Assembly: GCA_963798845.1 (NCBI GenBank)
Contig: CAWCUS010000006.1
Location: forward strand, 160,001-224,000
Source of the DNA: an uncultured Gemmatimonadales bacterium
GTDB lineage: Bacteria > Gemmatimonadota > Gemmatimonadetes > Longimicrobiales > RSA9
Direction: 5' to 3'
DNA length: 64,000 bases
The notes under the pieces were generated by a model. The model saw only the letters and a list, made by a program, of their open reading frames with translations, made no database searches and was not told where the DNA came from. Of this stretch, positions 14,939-24,977 are shown in pieces. Positions within the stretch are counted from its first letter, which is position 1; each line of letters opens with the position of its first letter. Position numbers and translations under genes: made by a program.

Positions 14939-17320
14939 ATGAACGAGACCAAGCTGGCGGAGCAGCCGCGTACTGCAGCGCTCCGCGACGATCTGGAGTA
15001 CCGCCCCCCATACCTGGGCGCCGCCCTCGCGGCCCTGGCCGTGTGGATCCTGTACGCGCTAACGCTGGCGCCCACCACCGGGTTCTGGGACACGAGCGAG
15101 TACATCGCCACCGCCCACATCCTCGGGATCCCACACCCGCCGGGGAACCCCACGTTCGTCGTGCTCGCCCGGGCATGGGAGCTTCTCCTGGCTCCGTTCG
15201 GGCTATCGGTGGCTGCACGGGTCAACCTGTTCAGCGCCACCATGAGCGCTCTGGCCCACGGCTGCTGGTTCCTCGTGGCCCACCGCATCGTGGCGTCCTT
15301 CACCCGCGACCGCAGGCTGCGGCTGCTCGGTGCCGCGCTCGCGGTCCTGGTGAGCGCCACCGCGTTCACCGTGTGGGCGCAGTCCAATTTGAACGAGAAG
15401 GTCTACACGGTCTCCCTTTTCACGATCGCGCTGCTGAGCTGGCTGACGTTCCTCTGGCGGGACAACATTGGGAAGGGGAAGGATGACAATCTCATCCTGC
15501 TCATGATCTTCATCCTGGCGCTGTCGGTGGGGAATCATCTCATGGCCTTCCTGGCGGCGCCGGCCATTCTGGTGTTCATCCTGCTCGTCGAGCCGCGCAC
15601 GCTGCTCAACTGGAAGCTGTACGCCTTCGGCGCGGCCGTGGCAGTGCTCGGGCTCTCGATCCACCTGTTCCTCCCGATCCGCGCCTCCCTCGACCCCGTG
15701 ATCAACGAGGCCGATCCGAGCACCCTGCACGCGCTCCTGGAATCGCTGGCGCGCAAGCAGTACGACAAGCCATCCGTGTTCACGAACCCCACGGACCTGG
15801 CCATGCCGCGCAGCATGCCGCTCATCCTGGCGCAGATAGGGAACTATCTCCAGTACTTCGATTGGCAGTGGGCGCGCGGGCTCAACTTCGCGCGGTCGCT
15901 CTTCGGCGGACTGGGCCAGAACCCGCCGGGCGGTGCGCCGATCCGGCCGCTCGTCACCCTGATCTTCGTGGCCGTGGGCGCATACGGGGCGTACGAGCAC
16001 TTCCTGCGCGACCGGACGAGCTGGTGGTACGTGGTGATCCTCTTCGCGACGGTCTCCATCGGCCTCGTGGGGTACCTGAACTTCAAGTACGGCTACACGT
16101 ACCCGCAGCCGGGCGCTGGCTACGACATCGAGCTGCACGAGGTCCGCGAGCGCGACTACTTCTTCATCGTCAGCTTCAGCATCTGGGGGCTGTGGTCCGG
16201 CCTGGGCATCTTCACCCTGTGGCGCCGAATGGCGGAGGTGCTCGGGGAGAAGGTGAGCTCGCTGGCGAGCGGTCGGAAGCGGAGGCTGGCTGCGTCGCCC
16301 GTGCTGGTGCTGGCGCTGTTGCCGCTGCTGCTGAACTGGAAGTACGCGGACCGGAGCCACCAGTACATGGCCCGGGACTGGGCGTACAACATGCTCATGA
16401 GCGTGGAGCCGTACGGAGTGCTCTTCACCAACGGCGACAACGACACGTTCCCGCTCTGGTACGTGCAGGAGGTGGAAGGGATCCGACGAGACGTCACGGT
16501 CATCGTCATGAGCTACCTCAACACGCCGTGGTATGCCAAGCAGATCAAGGCGCTGACGCAGCCGTGCCCCGCCGGCGTCGATCCCCTGGCGGACCCCACC
16601 CGGATCGCCTGCCAGCGGCCGTTCCAGCCGGAAAGGGACGCGCAGGTCTACGCGGCGCCCTCAGGGTCGCCGCTGGACAGCGCCGGCATGCCGGTGACGG
16701 GCATGGCGCGGCCCGCGTGGACGAGGCCGGACCGGTCCATCCTGCCCAGGTCGGACGCGTGGATCGACTCGATCCCGAACGTCTATGCCGCCAATCCGTA
16801 CAATTTCCTGATCCAGGAGCCGATGACACTGGAGGCGGACAGCCTCCGCTTCACGATACCCGGGAACCGTGTGCTGCTCCCGGCCGACGTGTTCATGCTG
16901 AACATCATCCAGAACTCGCTCGGTGACCGGCCGGTGTACTTCGCGACCACGACGCAGGCCTACGACCGGGTCGGCCTGAGCGACCACCTGGTGAGGCAGG
17001 GGCTGGCACTCAAGCTGTTCGACGGCGATCTGAAGCCCGACTCGACCGCCGGCATCTTCGCCATCCCGCCGAGCACGCAGATTCCCGGCGAATACGTGGA
17101 TCTCCCGGCCACGGACACGCTCCTCTGGAACGTCTTCGTCCACCGGGGCGGGATCCCGGATGAGTGGGACTTCTGGCCGGAGCCTTCCACCAAGAACATC
17201 CCGTGGTACTACGTCTACGCCCACTACGCGGCGTACACCGCCCACGTGCAGCTCGGGGAGGAGGAGAAGGCGCAGCGGCATTACGAGCGGATCGAAGCGT
17301 GGACCAGGCTGGCCCAGTAG
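14939..17320 (+). CDS. DUF2723 / TMEM260-family GT-C membrane glycosyltransferase (putative protein O-mannosyltransferase)
   Basis: FWDTSEYIATAHILGIPHPPGNP, EKVY, NH, RERDYFF, FTNGDNDTFPLWYVQEVEGIRRDV; multiple TM helices and a soluble C-terminal domain. Confidence 0.88.
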   Translation: MNETKLAEQPRTAALRDDLEYRPPYLGAALAALAVWILYALTLAPTTGFWDTSEYIATAHILGIPHPPGNPTFVVLARAWELLLAPFGLSVAARVNLFSATMSALAHGCWFLVAHRIVASFTRDRRLRLLGAALAVLVSATAFTVWAQSNLNEKVYTVSLFTIALLSWLTFLWRDNIGKGKDDNLILLMIFILALSVGNHLMAFLAAPAILVFILLVEPRTLLNWKLYAFGAAVAVLGLSIHLFLPIRASLDPVINEADPSTLHALLESLARKQYDKPSVFTNPTDLAMPRSMPLILAQIGNYLQYFDWQWARGLNFARSLFGGLGQNPPGGAPIRPLVTLIFVAVGAYGAYEHFLRDRTSWWYVVILFATVSIGLVGYLNFKYGYTYPQPGAGYDIELHEVRERDYFFIVSFSIWGLWSGLGIFTLWRRMAEVLGEKVSSLASGRKRRLAASPVLVLALLPLLLNWKYADRSHQYMARDWAYNMLMSVEPYGVLFTNGDNDTFPLWYVQEVEGIRRDVTVIVMSYLNTPWYAKQIKALTQPCPAGVDPLADPTRIACQRPFQPERDAQVYAAPSGSPLDSAGMPVTGMARPAWTRPDRSILPRSDAWIDSIPNVYAANPYNFLIQEPMTLEADSLRFTIPGNRVLLPADVFMLNIIQNSLGDRPVYFATTTQAYDRVGLSDHLVRQGLALKLFDGDLKPDSTAGIFAIPPSTQIPGEYVDLPATDTLLWNVFVHRGGIPDEWDFWPEPSTKNIPWYYVYAHYAAYTAHVQLGEEEKAQRHYERIEAWTRLAQ

Positions 17321-18204
17321 CCCGGCCGGCGCTGGGCGCGGTCATGGTCATCGGGGCTGCCTCGCTCTGGGGCAGCCTCGGTCTTTTCGGGCGCCTCGCG
17401 TTCGCCCACGGCGCTTCGCCGCTCCAGGTCGGGTCCATCCGCGCGGCCTTGGCGTTCGTGGGCATCCTCCCCTTCGTCCTGGCGCGGCCTCGCCTCCTGC
17501 GCGTCCGCCCCACGGACGTGCCGCTCCTGGTCGGGTACGGCGCCGTCGGCGTCGGTTTCTTCTACTATGTGTACCTCGAGGCCGTGGCGCGCCTGCCGCT
17601 GGCCATGGCCGCGGCGCTCCTGTACACCGCGCCCGCCTTCGTGGTGGCCTTCGCCTGGACGCTGCGCTGGGAGCCGGTGCGTACACGCCGTCTGATCCCG
17701 CTGGCGATGGTGCTGGTGGGCGTGTTCGTGGTCACGGGCGCGTTCAGGGCGCTGGACGGCGGCGTGAGCGGGGTCGGGGCCGCGGCGGGAGTGGCGAGCG
17801 GCGTCGCCTACGCGCTCTACACGGTGCTCGGGAAGCGGATCCGCGCCCGCTACGACGTGCTCACCACGATCGTTTACGCCTACGGCGTGGGCGCGCTGGC
17901 TCTCGCCTTCGCCTCTCCGCCCTGGGTGGTGCTGGTGGAGCACCCGGATGCCACCGGCCTGCTGCTCCTCATGGGACTGGGGCCCACGCTCCTCGCCGCT
18001 CTCCTCTTCTACGGCGGCCTCCGTCACATTGACGCCAGCGCCGCCAGCATGCTGGCCACCATCGAGCCCGTGGTCGCCGCCTTCCTCGGGCTGGCCTGGC
18101 TGGGGGAGCGGCTGCCCTGGAGCACGTTGGCGGGCACCGCCCTGATCCTCGCCGCCGCCGTGCTCCTGCGCCCCGGCGGCGGGGGCGCCGTCAGCCCGCG
18201 GTAA
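17299..18204 (+). CDS. EamA/DMT-family transporter
   Basis: Ten TM helices in two EamA repeats, LLYTAP, ATIEPVVAAFLG; start GTG 17299 or ATG 17344. Confidence 0.88.
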   Translation: MDQAGPVARPALGAVMVIGAASLWGSLGLFGRLAFAHGASPLQVGSIRAALAFVGILPFVLARPRLLRVRPTDVPLLVGYGAVGVGFFYYVYLEAVARLPLAMAAALLYTAPAFVVAFAWTLRWEPVRTRRLIPLAMVLVGVFVVTGAFRALDGGVSGVGAAAGVASGVAYALYTVLGKRIRARYDVLTTIVYAYGVGALALAFASPPWVVLVEHPDATGLLLLMGLGPTLLAALLFYGGLRHIDASAASMLATIEPVVAAFLGLAWLGERLPWSTLAGTALILAAAVLLRPGGGGAVSPR

Positions 18205-20623
18205 CGGATGCGGGCGTGAGGCGCTCGTCTTCGGACCCGACCACGCTGGCGCCCGTGCGCTCGTCGAAGCGGCAGCGGATGACGTGGTCCATGCCGTCGC
18301 GGATCCCTTCGATGTGCGTGATCAGGATCACCTGCTCGAACCGGCCGGTGAGCGTGTGCAGGAGCTGGATCACGTTGTCGCGCCGGTCCACGTCCAGCGA
18401 TCCGAAGACTTCGTCCAGAATGAGCACGCCCACGGGGAGGCCCGCCCGCTCTGCGATCATCTGGCTGATGGCCAGACGGAGGACCAGGTTGGCGATGTCC
18501 TCCTCGCCGCCGCTGATCACGGGCTTCTCCTCGCCTTCGTCGAGGACCAGGACGTTGTAGGCGTCGTCGATCTCGAGGGCGGCGTAACGGCCGGCGGTGA
18601 TGTCGGAGAGGAAGGAGCTGGCGAGCTCGCTCAGCTCCGGACGGACGCGGGCGTTCAGCTGGAGCCGGAGCTGGCTGAACGCCGCATCCAGCTCGCCGTT
18701 GTGCAGCCGCTCGAGCTCGAGCGCATCCAGCACCGCCTTCTTGACGGCGTAATCAGCTTTGGCCTTCTCCGCGCCCCGCACCAGGTCCTCCGCGGCGTCC
18801 AGCCTCCCATTCGCGGCGGTCAGGCGAAGCTCCGCCCGGCGCTCCGCCTCCGCCACCCGCTCGTGCTCGGCGCGCAGCGCGTCGTGACGCTCGGGATCGA
18901 AGCCCAGCCGGGTGAGCGTCTCCCGCGCCGCCCGGCCCTTCTGTTCCGCCGCGGCTCGCCGGCCCATCACCTCGGCCCGCTCCCGCTCCAGCGGCGCTCG
19001 CCTCGAGGCCGCAGCTTCCAGCCGCATGGCGCGCCGTTCCACGTCCCGCAGCAGCTCCAGCCGCTCCTCAGCCGAGCGGTGCGCGGCCGCATCGTAGCCG
19101 GTGGGTAGCTTCGAGAGCTCCGATTCCTGCCGCTCGAGGCGGCTCCGCTTGCGGGCCAGCTCGGCCGACAGCTTCCCGCTCTCTTCTGCCGCCTGCTCGG
19201 AGCGGTTGAGCTTCTCCGTCCGCGACTCGACCCCCGCCTGGAGCTCGGCTCTGCGGCTCTCCGCCTCCTCGAGCGGCCCCGGCTTCCGCTCCAGCTGTCC
19301 TTCACGCTTCTTCAGCCACTTGCCATCCTGGACGAGGGACTCCCATTCGTCCTCCAGTGAGCGCATCACCTGGTCGTAATGGTCGTGGAGGGGGCGCCCG
19401 CATGTCGGGCACGTCCCTCTGGCCCCTGCCTCCCGGAGCTGGTCCAGCTGCTGCTGCAGCTCGGCCGTGCGGTCCTTGTAGGTCTGGAGCCGCGTCCTCA
19501 CCTCCTGGCGACCCTGCTGCCAGGCATCCCGCTCCCGTTCCGCGCTGGCCTCCACGTCCGACAGCTCGCGACGCAGCTCCTCGATCTCGGCCCGGAAGCG
19601 CTCCACGAACTCCGGGGCCCGTGCCAGCGCCTCCAGCCTGCGCTCCCCTTCCTCCACTTCCGATCTCAGCTGCCGCACGGTTTCATCGAGGACCCGCCGC
19701 CGCTCGTCCAGGCGGGCGAGCTCCGACAGCCGCTCGCACTGCTGCACCAGCTCGGGGAGCGGTGACAGCTCTTCGCGGAGCGCGGCCAGCTCCTGCTCGG
19801 CCTTCGCGACCTCCTCGAGCTCTTCCTCCGCCCGACCGACGGCCCGCACGGCATCCCGGTACTCCTGCGCTGCCATCTCCCGCTCGTGCTCCAGCTCCGA
19901 CGCCTGCTCCTGGGAGGCCCGGGTTTCCGCCCACTGCGGCTCCAGTGCTTCCAGCGCCGCCACCGCCCGGCCGAGCTCCGTGCGTGCGGCGTCCACCGCC
20001 GCCCTCGCCTCCTCGCGACGTCCTCTGGCGCCCTCCAGCTCACCGCGCAGCTCGGTGGGGTCGGGCAGCCCGGCGCGCAGCCCCTCGATCTCGTGGCGGA
20101 GGTCGTTGCGGCGAGCACGGGCGCGCTCCTGCGCCAGCCGGAGCCGCTCGTAGCCCAGCACCTGGGCGAAGAAGCGGCCGCGGTCGGTGGGCCCCATCTG
20201 CGCCAGGAACTGGAGCTCCTTCTGTCCGGTGAAGTAGGTGTTGAAGAACTCGTCCCGGGTCATCCCGAGGCGGTGCTGGAGGTAGTCGGATGCGCCGCGG
20301 AGGGTGGTGGCCACCGGGTCGTCGCCGCCGTCGATGAAAACGTCGGCCGTCGTGAGCGTACGCACGACCCGGTACGTGTGGCCGCCGAGCCCGAGCTCCA
20401 GCTCCACCCGCACGGTGCTCCGCGGCTCCGCCCGGGTGAAGCGGATCGTCTCGTTCGTCCCGCGGGCCGCCGACGCCCCGTAAATCCCCCACGCAATGGC
20501 TTCGAGCAGCGTGCTCTTCCCGGCACCGTTCGGACCGATGATGCCCGTGACGCCCGCGCCGAACTCGATGCAGGTGTCCGCATGCTGCCGGAAGTTCAGG
20601 AGTCGCAGGCGGTCGATCCTCAC
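18191..20623 (-). CDS. sbcC: SbcC/Rad50 SMC-like ATPase
   Basis: Walker A GPNGAGKS, coiled coil with CPTC zinc hook, ISGGE signature, LDEVFGSLD, ITH; GTG 20623 overlaps the sbcD stop. Confidence 0.9.
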   Translation of the reverse strand: MRIDRLRLLNFRQHADTCIEFGAGVTGIIGPNGAGKSTLLEAIAWGIYGASAARGTNETIRFTRAEPRSTVRVELELGLGGHTYRVVRTLTTADVFIDGGDDPVATTLRGASDYLQHRLGMTRDEFFNTYFTGQKELQFLAQMGPTDRGRFFAQVLGYERLRLAQERARARRNDLRHEIEGLRAGLPDPTELRGELEGARGRREEARAAVDAARTELGRAVAALEALEPQWAETRASQEQASELEHEREMAAQEYRDAVRAVGRAEEELEEVAKAEQELAALREELSPLPELVQQCERLSELARLDERRRVLDETVRQLRSEVEEGERRLEALARAPEFVERFRAEIEELRRELSDVEASAERERDAWQQGRQEVRTRLQTYKDRTAELQQQLDQLREAGARGTCPTCGRPLHDHYDQVMRSLEDEWESLVQDGKWLKKREGQLERKPGPLEEAESRRAELQAGVESRTEKLNRSEQAAEESGKLSAELARKRSRLERQESELSKLPTGYDAAAHRSAEERLELLRDVERRAMRLEAAASRRAPLERERAEVMGRRAAAEQKGRAARETLTRLGFDPERHDALRAEHERVAEAERRAELRLTAANGRLDAAEDLVRGAEKAKADYAVKKAVLDALELERLHNGELDAAFSQLRLQLNARVRPELSELASSFLSDITAGRYAALEIDDAYNVLVLDEGEEKPVISGGEEDIANLVLRLAISQMIAERAGLPVGVLILDEVFGSLDVDRRDNVIQLLHTLTGRFEQVILITHIEGIRDGMDHVIRCRFDERTGASVVGSEDERLTPASVTAG

Positions 20624-21918
20624 CCGTTCCCCTCCCCCGTTCGGCCCCCGTCCCCGCCGGCGCCGTCCCCGTCCTCTGCCGGCGCGGCCGGCTCCGGTCC
20701 CGCAGGGGCGAAGTCCGCTCCGCCCGAACCGGTCTGCTCCCGCCAGTCTTCCGCCGCGGACAGGTACTCCGAGCCCAGCACCAGCAGCCGCTCGAGCTCG
20801 ATCCCGGGCGCCGTGGTCCGCCAGGTGGAGAGGAACCGCTCCAGCTCCTGCTCGAGCGTCAGCCGGCGACGGTCCGCTACGAGATCGTCGCCCACCGCCC
20901 CGGCCCGGCTGTCCGGCCGCCGCGCATCCACCTGGAAGTGGACGGCTTCCGCTTTCAGCGCGCGGATGCGGCCGTGGTCGAGCTGCCGGAGGAGCTCCCT
21001 GGGCATGTCGGTGATCACCTGCCGCACGATCTTCCCGGCCACCCCACCCGACAAAGCGGCCACCGCGTCGTTGATGCGCGCGTTCACCTCCTCCGCCGGT
21101 AGCCACGACCCATCCGCAGCGCGCGCGCCGAAGCGTGGCAGGTCCACGACTTCTCGCGTGCGCACGTCCCGGAACTCGCCCTCGCCCCGGTCCACGTCGA
21201 ACAGGACCCACCCCTTCCGGGTGCCCGCCTCCGCCCACACGTTCGTGACCGTGTGCTCCGTGGCACCAGCATACCACACGTTCGGCGCGATCCGCGTGGC
21301 ATCGTGGTAATGGCCCAGGGCCACGTAGTCCCAGTCGTCCTCGCGGAGCGCGCTCCGCTCCAGCTGCGCGCCCCCGTATTCCACGAGCCGGAGCAGCCGC
21401 TCGTCCACCCCGGTGCCGGTGACGGTCCCGTGCAGCATGAGGACGTTCACGCCCGCGGTCGGATCGGGCTCGGCTTCGGCCGCGGCCCCGGCAATGAGGG
21501 CCTGGTGGGGGAGGCAATGCACGGCGACGCCTCCCCCATCGAGCCTCACCGTCCGCGCCTCGGCATCCACGACGTGAATCTCCGGGATCTCCGACAGCAG
21601 GCGCAGGATACTGCCGGAATCGGCGGAGCGCGGGGAATCGTGGTTGCCGGCGATGATGACCACCGGCGTGCCCGGCAGCCCGTGCCGGAGTCGCATGAAG
21701 AGGCGGAAGCCGTCCATGATGGCGGCGTTCGGCGGGCGGACGGTATGGAAGACGTCGCCGGCGACGAGCACCACGTCCGGCGACGCGGCCACGACCTGAT
21801 CCACGGCCCGGCCCGCCGCTTCGGCCACATCACGCTCCCGCTGGTTCATCCCCCCGCGCGCCTGACGGTGGTAGGCGCGATAGCCGAGGTGCAGGTCGGC
21901 GAGGTGGGCGATCCTCAA
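20620..21918 (-). CDS. sbcD: SbcD/Mre11 nuclease
   Basis: DLHLG, AGDVFH, AGNHD, LHG, ALGHYH metallophosphoesterase motifs. Confidence 0.9.
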   Translation of the reverse strand: MRIAHLADLHLGYRAYHRQARGGMNQRERDVAEAAGRAVDQVVAASPDVVLVAGDVFHTVRPPNAAIMDGFRLFMRLRHGLPGTPVVIIAGNHDSPRSADSGSILRLLSEIPEIHVVDAEARTVRLDGGGVAVHCLPHQALIAGAAAEAEPDPTAGVNVLMLHGTVTGTGVDERLLRLVEYGGAQLERSALREDDWDYVALGHYHDATRIAPNVWYAGATEHTVTNVWAEAGTRKGWVLFDVDRGEGEFRDVRTREVVDLPRFGARAADGSWLPAEEVNARINDAVAALSGGVAGKIVRQVITDMPRELLRQLDHGRIRALKAEAVHFQVDARRPDSRAGAVGDDLVADRRRLTLEQELERFLSTWRTTAPGIELERLLVLGSEYLSAAEDWREQTGSGGADFAPAGPEPAAPAEDGDGAGGDGGRTGEGNG

Positions 21919-21919
21919 C

Positions 21920-23236
21920 TCAGCGCAGTCCTTCCCCGGGCACGCCTACCACCTGCCCGTTGATTCCCGAGCCGCCCTCGCCGAGGAGGAACAGCACCAC
22001 GGAGGCCAGCTGCCCGCGGGTCACCCACTTCGTTCCTTCCGGGTCCGCCACCTCGTCCCGGTTCTGTGCCGTGTCCACCATCCCCGGCGCGACCGCGTTC
22101 ACCCGCACGCCGGTCTCGCGCTCCTCCAGCGCCAGCGCGCGGGTGAGCGCCACGACCGCCGCCTTGGCCGCGCTGTAGGCGGCCATACCTTTCGCGGCCC
22201 GCTCCCCGGCGGGCGAGGCGAAGTTGACAATGGCGCCGCGGCTGGCACGCAGCAGCGGCAGCGCCGCCCGGCTCGCCAGGAACGCGGTCCGCGCGTTCGC
22301 ATCCAGCTCCCGCTGCCACGCCTCCGGCGACGTCTCCGACACCGGCCCCGTCGCCCGGAGTCCGCCGGCCACGTTCACCAGCCCGTCCAGCCGACCCCAC
22401 CGCGCATCCACGGCCGCGATCACCGCCGCCGCCCCCGCTTCCTCGGCCAGGTCGGCCGTCACGCCCAGCACGTCCCCGCCCAGCGTTCGGGCCAGCTCCC
22501 CCACATCCTCGCGCCGCGACGTGATCGCCACGCGCCCGCCCTCCGCCACCAGCGCTTCGGCAATGGTGAACCCCACCTGCCCCGGCGAACCCACGCCGGT
22601 GACGAGAAACACCCGCTCTGCCATCCGGCCCTCCTTCCATTCGGCCGACAGCCCGATCTCCAGCCAACCCGCCCCCGTTAGCAGGAGCGCCGCGGCCACG
22701 AACACGGGTCCCGGCGGGAACGCCGGCACCAGCCACGCCGCGGCCACCGCCACCCCGCCGGACACCCCCACCAGCGCGGGCACGACCGCGCCGCCACGCA
22801 CCGCCGAGCCCAGCCGCTTGAGCAGACCCGCGATCGCATAGCCCGGGCTCACGACCAGCACCACCACGCCCAGCGGCGGCGCCCACGGGGCCTTCTGCAG
22901 ATCCGGGTACCGTAGCCATGCCATGGCCACGAACGACGCTGCCACCAGCGCGAGGATCGCGGCCGTCCACCACGCCACTCGCCGCGACGGCGTCGGAGCC
23001 GCGGGCCCGGTGCCCTCCGCCCGCCCGGCCCCTGCGGACTCGACCGGCGCACCCGCCACCCAGACTCCGGCCGCCAGGCTCAGCAACGCCACCGACAGCA
23101 GGAATCCGACCGAGGAGAGCAGCCCTTCGCCCGTGTAGAGGAGGAGCGCGCCGGCGGAGAGCGAGGACACGCCGAGCGCCACCCCCGCCACGAGCGCGGC
23201 GACGGTCCCGGGCCACGTCCGCCCCGCGGCCATCAC
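21920..23236 (-). CDS. Membrane domain fused in frame to a short-chain dehydrogenase/reductase
   Basis: About 6 hydrophobic segments, then SDR (TGVGSPGQVG, NVAG, YSAAK, VNAVAPG); internal ATG 22624 has its own SD AAGGAG. Confidence 0.75.
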   Translation of the reverse strand: MMAAGRTWPGTVAALVAGVALGVSSLSAGALLLYTGEGLLSSVGFLLSVALLSLAAGVWVAGAPVESAGAGRAEGTGPAAPTPSRRVAWWTAAILALVAASFVAMAWLRYPDLQKAPWAPPLGVVVLVVSPGYAIAGLLKRLGSAVRGGAVVPALVGVSGGVAVAAAWLVPAFPPGPVFVAAALLLTGAGWLEIGLSAEWKEGRMAERVFLVTGVGSPGQVGFTIAEALVAEGGRVAITSRREDVGELARTLGGDVLGVTADLAEEAGAAAVIAAVDARWGRLDGLVNVAGGLRATGPVSETSPEAWQRELDANARTAFLASRAALPLLRASRGAIVNFASPAGERAAKGMAAYSAAKAAVVALTRALALEERETGVRVNAVAPGMVDTAQNRDEVADPEGTKWVTRGQLASVVLFLLGEGGSGINGQVVGVPGEGLR

Positions 23237-23706
23237 GGAGACAGTCGGCCGTAGCCGCCCCGGAAGTAGAGGAGCGGCGCACCCTGATCCGCATCGCCCG
23301 CCACGACCTCGCCCAGGAAGATCGAGTGATCACCGCCGTCGTAGCGCTCCTGCACGCGGCAGTCGAACCAGGCCAGTGCGCGCTCGAGGATCGGGGCGCC
23401 CGTGGTCTCGCGCCGGTATGCCACCCCGTGGAACTTGCGGGACCGGTCGTACTCAGCGAACCGCCGGGCGAGCCCCTCCGCCCGCTCCCCCAACACGTTC
23501 ACTGCGAACGCCCCCGCCCGCTCGATGCACCCGTGCGTGTCCGCTTCCCGACCCACGCAAACCAGGACGAGCGGCGGCTCGAGCGAGAGCGACGCCACGC
23601 TGCTCGCGGTCAGCCCGTACGGCTCCCCGTCGCTCGCCGTGACCACGGTCACGCCCGTTGGCAGGTGCCCGAGGATGCGGCGGAACTCCGCGGATTCCAT
23701 GGACAT
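23233..23706 (-). CDS. Flavin reductase-like protein
   Basis: FRRILGHLPTGVTVVT, SLSLEPPLVLVC, GGDHSIFLGEV, PLLYFRGGY. Confidence 0.92.
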   Translation of the reverse strand: MSMESAEFRRILGHLPTGVTVVTASDGEPYGLTASSVASLSLEPPLVLVCVGREADTHGCIERAGAFAVNVLGERAEGLARRFAEYDRSRKFHGVAYRRETTGAPILERALAWFDCRVQERYDGGDHSIFLGEVVAGDADQGAPLLYFRGGYGRLSP

Positions 23707-23783
23707 CAGCCTCCTCGCGCCTCTCCGCTCATTGCGTCGGTGAACGACGACTCCGTAACTTCCGCGGGGTGGGAATACATGCG

Positions 23784-24887
23784 ATGGAAATCGGCCTTCT
23801 GCGAGCCGCCGCGCGCACCTGGCGCGTGGCGGCCGTCCTGATGGTAATCGCTCTCACGGGCTGCGACAACGTGGAGTGGGGCGGGGTGGAAGTGGCGGTC
23901 GTCCCGCCTCCGCCCAAGAGCGGCCCCGCCGAGACCCAGCTCGGTGAGGTCGAAGAGCTCCCGCAGGGCGCCATCCTCTACCTCGTCACGCGAGACAGCA
24001 CCCGGACCACTGCCGTCCCCGTCGCCGAGATCGCAGACGGCGAGACCCGCCCGATCCGCATGGGAGACGATCCCAAGACGTACGGGGACCGCTTCATCTC
24101 GTCGTTCCTCCGCGCGGGGGGAGAACTGACCCTCTTCCGGCACGGGCGACGCGCCGGGACCCTCCTCATCGACTCGGCCTCCGTCCAGCCGGCCGGCTGC
24201 ACCGTCCTCCCCGTGGCCGTCGGCCGGGCCGAGCTCTCCGGCCGTACCGGCGACGCCACCGAGTTCCTGGCCATGGCCCGGACCCAGGCCCCCCAGGGAG
24301 TCGTCCTCGCCCCCGATTCGCTCGAAGTCGAGCCGCGCATGCAGGTCGTGGGCAACATCCTCGCCGAGCGTATCCTGCGCGACCGTCACGCCCAGCTTCC
24401 CAACTGGTCCCGCGCCCGCCGCCAGCTCTTCCCCTTCCCCGTGGAAGGCTCTCAGGACCTGGGCTTCACCGCCACCTTCCTCGTGGACGACGCCCTCGAG
24501 GTAGGCGACGACGACCAGGGATACTCCCTCTTCGTCCTCTACACCCCCCAGGCCCAGACGTACGACACCGCCTACGTCGAATTCACCAGCTACACCGCCT
24601 CCGGCAAGGCCGCGCCCCGCGTCGTCGACTTCCTGGATTGGAACCGCGATGGCAGCGTCGAGCTCCTCCTCGATGTCTACGGCACCCGCGACAGCTGGTT
24701 CACCGCCATCGGCAAGACCGAGGGCGGCTGGCAGCAGATCATGAACGCCCGCTGCCCACCTTCCGCCACCGTCACCGACACCAGCGCCGGCCTCCCGGGC
24801 GAACCGGCCCTCGACTCGACCGCCGGGCCGGCCACCACGCCGGACACCACCGCGGCCCCCGGCGACAGCGGAGCCGTCTCGCCCTAG
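23784..24887 (+). CDS. Hypothetical lipoprotein with FG-GAP-like Ca-binding loop and Thr/Pro-rich tail
   Basis: Lipobox LTGC, DWNRDGSVELL, low-complexity C-terminus; good codon bias. Confidence 0.7.
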   Translation: MEIGLLRAAARTWRVAAVLMVIALTGCDNVEWGGVEVAVVPPPPKSGPAETQLGEVEELPQGAILYLVTRDSTRTTAVPVAEIADGETRPIRMGDDPKTYGDRFISSFLRAGGELTLFRHGRRAGTLLIDSASVQPAGCTVLPVAVGRAELSGRTGDATEFLAMARTQAPQGVVLAPDSLEVEPRMQVVGNILAERILRDRHAQLPNWSRARRQLFPFPVEGSQDLGFTATFLVDDALEVGDDDQGYSLFVLYTPQAQTYDTAYVEFTSYTASGKAAPRVVDFLDWNRDGSVELLLDVYGTRDSWFTAIGKTEGGWQQIMNARCPPSATVTDTSAGLPGEPALDSTAGPATTPDTTAAPGDSGAVSP

Positions 24888-24935
24888 CCGCGGTCGGGCG
24901 AGCGGTGGGTGGAGGCGGCACCCGCCCGCCCCGCC

Positions 24936-24964
24936 TTGATGCCCCACCGCTCGCCGGGTACCTT
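24936..24964 (+). promoter_or_regulatory. Putative sigma70 promoter of the B12 riboswitch/btu operon
   Basis: TTGATG, 17 bp, TACCTT immediately upstream of the riboswitch. Confidence 0.55.
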
Positions 24965-24977
24965 TACGGTGACATGA

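Noticed and set aside
18191..21918. SMC-based defence system (Wadjet/Lamassu)
   Set aside because: The zinc hook plus Mre11-type partner identify ordinary SbcCD; no kleisin or effector is present.
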